This document shows positions 60,655 to 64,000 of a stretch of DNA of 64,000 bases, in pieces. Made by a program: the position numbers and the translations under genes. Under the pieces are notes generated by a model. It ran no database searches. It had not been told where the DNA came from and saw nothing but the letters and a program-made list of their open reading frames with translations. Within the stretch, counting starts at the first letter, position 1; every line of letters begins with the position of its first letter. The DNA lies in IMG/VR virus record IMGVR_UViG_2619619259_000001, positions 1 to 64,000 of that record, one strand, 5' to 3'. This stretch comes from a virus. Its lineage: Duplodnaviria > Caudoviricetes.

Positions 60655-62346
60655 TTATTTTTTAAATAGGTCTTTAATAAACTCAGCTTGTTCTTCTTGA
60701 CTCATCATTTTCAATGATTCAAACATATGATCATCATTTTCGTCTTCTTCATTTTCTTCTTTTGCTGAGGCTAACTCCTTTATTAATTTGTTGACTGTAT
60801 TTTCATCAAACTTCAAGGTGTCGCCTAAAATTAGGCGCTTAAATGTCTCTGATTTTGAAATGACATTGTTATTCTCAATAGCATCAAGAATGGTCACAAT
60901 AACGCTGGCATAGCCAGCTTTGCTTTCTGCGGCGGCATTCTCTTCTTCTTGAATGGCTGTGTTTGCAGAGTTGAACTCAACTTTATAGGGGCGTTTACTC
61001 GCTGGGTAGACCTTCCCATATTTGTAGGCCAGATGGATATCTATCGCTCTGTAGATAAATGCTTCAACGGCAACACGGATCCATTGAGATCTGATGGCTG
61101 CTTGAATGGCTGTTCTAAAGAATCCACCTTCACCCAACCCCCCAGATAGCATGTCTGAGAATCCTAACATTGACGCATCTAAGCCAATAGATGCTGCGAG
61201 TTGTTTTACATGGATCATCACGTCTTCTATCCCTGCAATATCAGCTGGGATAGTTTGAGTGTCTATGACCATAGATCCTTTCCCATCACCCATAATAGGA
61301 ATCAGGCTGTTAATGACTGTTGGGGTTAGATGACCATTTCGTGCACCTGTTTCCATTAGGTCAGATGAGCGCTTCAATGCTTGGGCTATCTGGTTCAAAT
61401 AACTTGCGGCGTTTGTAGGATCTGTTTTGCTGGTGTTGATGCCAAAAATCCTGTCGATCTTGCTAGCATTATTCCTTGTCGCTTTGAGGGACCGAATTGC
61501 TGCGCATAAATTGGTGTAAGGCCCGTAACTATGCTCAAGAAGGCTTGTTCCGTAATTTTGTGTTTCAACGGGGTCTTGTTCTAATGGGTCGTTTAATAGG
61601 TTATAGGGTTTTGAGCCAATATAGGTTGGTGGGTTTTTACTATGCGGAACCCAATAAGGGATTTTCATAGGAATTAAATCCCAAGGGTCGGCAAATGTAA
61701 AAGTCCCCCCACTATTAGAACGCATATGATCACCAGTAAAACCAGCGATATGCCCGCCCCTTGAATATTCCTTCACAAAGTGCGGGAGTGTGTAATAACT
61801 GGATTCAAATGATGTAATCCCCACGCCAGGCTTTGCATGAGGGCGAATATATGAGACGCCAAAGACACACATAATTAATGCCCAACTAGGAACATTGGCA
61901 TTGATGAGATTCCCTATATCATCCATGAGTTCAGTCGCTATTTTTTGGCTCTCATCTGATGTTTCACCCTCATTGTCATTGATGGGTTTTATCGTGAATG
62001 AACGACCTGTTTTTTTATCAGTAGATAATGCATAGGTAACATGAATATTGAGTGCTGCGGAGAGTGTTGGATATGCAGCCATCTCTTCGAAAAGGGGATA
62101 CCTCAATAATCTATCTGTAGGCAATATAGGTTCGTCATTAATACTACGACTAGCGCTAATCAGTGAAAAGCCGAGATTAGGACTATTGGCCACCATTGCC
62201 GATTGAGAAAAAATAGCGTTCGAAGAGGGCGAAATGTACCCACTATTCATGATAGTGCTTTTCCCGCTTCCGGGGAGCGCTTTGCTGAGAGCTGCTTTTG
62301 CTTTATCGCTAGAAAAGCTTGTTTTCCCCGCCATTAGAAACACCAC
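60655..62346 (-). CDS. prt: Prt portal protein
   Basis: LP.DR..RY..FEEMA, ETQNYGTSLL, GGLGEGGF.RTAIQ. Confidence 0.88.
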   Translation of the reverse strand: MVFLMAGKTSFSSDKAKAALSKALPGSGKSTIMNSGYISPSSNAIFSQSAMVANSPNLGFSLISASRSINDEPILPTDRLLRYPLFEEMAAYPTLSAALNIHVTYALSTDKKTGRSFTIKPINDNEGETSDESQKIATELMDDIGNLINANVPSWALIMCVFGVSYIRPHAKPGVGITSFESSYYTLPHFVKEYSRGGHIAGFTGDHMRSNSGGTFTFADPWDLIPMKIPYWVPHSKNPPTYIGSKPYNLLNDPLEQDPVETQNYGTSLLEHSYGPYTNLCAAIRSLKATRNNASKIDRIFGINTSKTDPTNAASYLNQIAQALKRSSDLMETGARNGHLTPTVINSLIPIMGDGKGSMVIDTQTIPADIAGIEDVMIHVKQLAASIGLDASMLGFSDMLSGGLGEGGFFRTAIQAAIRSQWIRVAVEAFIYRAIDIHLAYKYGKVYPASKRPYKVEFNSANTAIQEEENAAAESKAGYASVIVTILDAIENNNVISKSETFKRLILGDTLKFDENTVNKLIKELASAKEENEEDENDDHMFESLKMMSQEEQAEFIKDLFKK

Positions 62347-62408
62347 CTTTGATAAAATAAAACGTTAGTTTCAGCATTATAGCGAATATGTTTTCAAGGG
62401 GTGAACGG

Positions 62409-64000
62409 TTGAATACTGAGTTAAGCAATTTAAATAACGCCATAAAATCAATAAATAACTGTGAGAACATAGAAGCGTTATGCAGAGTTATCTATGCAAT
62501 AACACTGCAATATAACCCCATTGAGTTTGGAGTTAGAAAAGAATCACGGATCTCAATGGAAAGGTTGAGGAAAGAGGCGAACGCAAAAGCTATTTCTTTA
62601 TTAAGCGAATTACCCAAAGGGTCAAAATTAACCGACGAACAGCGAAAAATACTCGCTGCCTATACCGGAGATGGAGGTATAGGTGCTAATGAGCATGAAT
62701 ATTATACGCCGATGCCCGTTGCAGAAGGAATGTGGGATCTATTACGGGAATACGGCGCAGATACTGGTAATTGTTTAGAGCCTGCTGCGGGTACAGGGGT
62801 TTTTCATGAAACTAAGCCGGCGGGTGTCATCATGACAGCAACGGAAATTAGCCCTATTTCAGGACGAATAAACCAATTACTTCACCCAGAAGATAAGGTT
62901 TCCATAACGCCATTTGAGCGCCTGGCTGCATCATCCCCTGATGGTTCTTTTGATAGTTGTGTGGGTAATGTTCCATTTGGAGATAGCAGAGGGGAGTTTG
63001 CCAATTTGGATCCCGCCTACGCAAAAGAATCTAATATAGGCCGCTATTTCATTTTGAGATTGATAGATAAAGTTAAGGCTGGTGGTTACATCTGCATTGT
63101 TGTTCCCTACGGAATGACTACTGGTAAAAATCACAAAAAACTACGTAAACAAGTTTCAAGAAAAGCCGAGTTTCTTGGCGCCCACAGATTACCTAGCGGC
63201 ACTTTTGAGGAAAGTGGGACATCCACAGCTGTCGATGTATGGGTTTTAAGAAAACATCCGGCAGAACTAGCGGATCGGATCCTAGAAGAAAAGGAAACTT
63301 TGTTAGAAGAAGCCAATGTTTTATGGAACACCTTCATTGAAGGGCGTTGGTATCTTGAAGATGGTAAACGATTCGTGCATGGAGAGGTACTGCAGGGCTT
63401 TAGAGGGATCACGATTAAAAATGATCAATTATCAAATGGCGCATTAAAGACAAAATTAAAACATAAATTTGACAGTCGGATCATTTGGTCCGTTTTAGAA
63501 CTAAGCGAACCAACGTCTACGCCAGCGATGAATGGCGAACAGCGCTTAATCAACGATCAGTGGTATATATTTGAGTCAGGCGTATGGGTTATTGATAACA
63601 CTGTTACTCAAGAGAACGTGTCATTTGCCAAGTTTGGAGTGCAGACATACGAAGAGTTGAAAAATCAGATAGTGGGTGTTGATGGGATTTTATCGAAAAA
63701 TTGGGACCAAATAAATGCCATAGCGACCACTTTCCCGTCGCTAATGTCGGAACAAGCCCAAAAAGCACTTATCTTTGCAAAAACGCAACCAGAGGCATTA
63801 AGAGAGCGTGTCTTTCGTGGATCGGTACTTGGCTACCATATTGCGACTTATCAGGATTATATCGCGGACAGCGGTTCTCCTGAGCCATATGAGGGGATGA
63901 GATCGGATATAGCTAGACTGGTTGATGCTGAAAATAAAAAATATGGTTCTCCGAGTTCAGGAAAGATATCAAAAGTAAGGGGGGCTAACTCTGGTGCCTG
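62409..64000 (+). CDS. darB: DarB antirestriction methyltransferase/helicase, 5' part (runs off the window)
   Basis: Translated by hand from TTG 62409: YTGDGG..EYYTP, LEPAAGTGVF, VGNVPFG, GAHRLPSGTF; divergent from prt. Confidence 0.88.
   Translation, partial: MNTELSNLNNAIKSINNCENIEALCRVIYAITLQYNPIEFGVRKESRISMERLRKEANAKAISLLSELPKGSKLTDEQRKILAAYTGDGGIGANEHEYYTPMPVAEGMWDLLREYGADTGNCLEPAAGTGVFHETKPAGVIMTATEISPISGRINQLLHPEDKVSITPFERLAASSPDGSFDSCVGNVPFGDSRGEFANLDPAYAKESNIGRYFILRLIDKVKAGGYICIVVPYGMTTGKNHKKLRKQVSRKAEFLGAHRLPSGTFEESGTSTAVDVWVLRKHPAELADRILEEKETLLEEANVLWNTFIEGRWYLEDGKRFVHGEVLQGFRGITIKNDQLSNGALKTKLKHKFDSRIIWSVLELSEPTSTPAMNGEQRLINDQWYIFESGVWVIDNTVTQENVSFAKFGVQTYEELKNQIVGVDGILSKNWDQINAIATTFPSLMSEQAQKALIFAKTQPEALRERVFRGSVLGYHIATYQDYIADSGSPEPYEGMRSDIARLVDAENKKYGSPSSGKISKVRGANSGA

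Larger units (their letters stand above)
1..64000. mobile_element. P1-like phage-plasmid (Punavirus/D6-type), partial genome
   Basis: Co-occurrence of pacAB, c1, cre/lox, ref, dmt, gp21-26, sit, bplA, darA/ddrB/darB, a P1-type iteron replicon and repL; no host genes seen. Confidence 0.96.

Noticed and set aside
62931-63883. Short ORFs listed in the last 1.1 kb
   Set aside because: They overlap the long darB frame, which the ORF track missed because it has no stop inside the window

Overview
The window is a contiguous 64 kb piece of a P1-like (Punavirus/D6-type) temperate phage-plasmid of an enterobacterium, with gene order rearranged relative to P1. It carries packaging genes (lpa, pacA/pacB, pac site), immC (c1, coi), a Cre-family recombinase with a new 34-bp lox-type site, ref, mat, baseplate/tail/head genes, hrdC, the Dcm-Dam fusion dmt, two type II TA pairs, two C4-type antisense RNA modules, ParA/ParG partitioning, the lydA-lydB-hdf-darA-ddrA-ddrB-hxr block, a P1-type iteron replicon, repL, pro, prt and the start of darB. 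P1 gene names are assigned from recalled protein features and synteny, not from a database search. Two candidates for undescribed systems stand out. (1) An orphan, shortened type I-E Cas8e/Cse1 homolog sits in a five-gene operon with an Aca-like HTH and IbrA/IbrB, with no CRISPR array or other cas gene in the window. (2) A ~120-nt leader RNA upstream of mat has a terminator/antiterminator switch and carries antisense segments to the SD-occluding leader of the prohead protease gene and to the major capsid leader. Three genes (21, sit, ddrB) are broken at A-runs, probably by sequencing errors.
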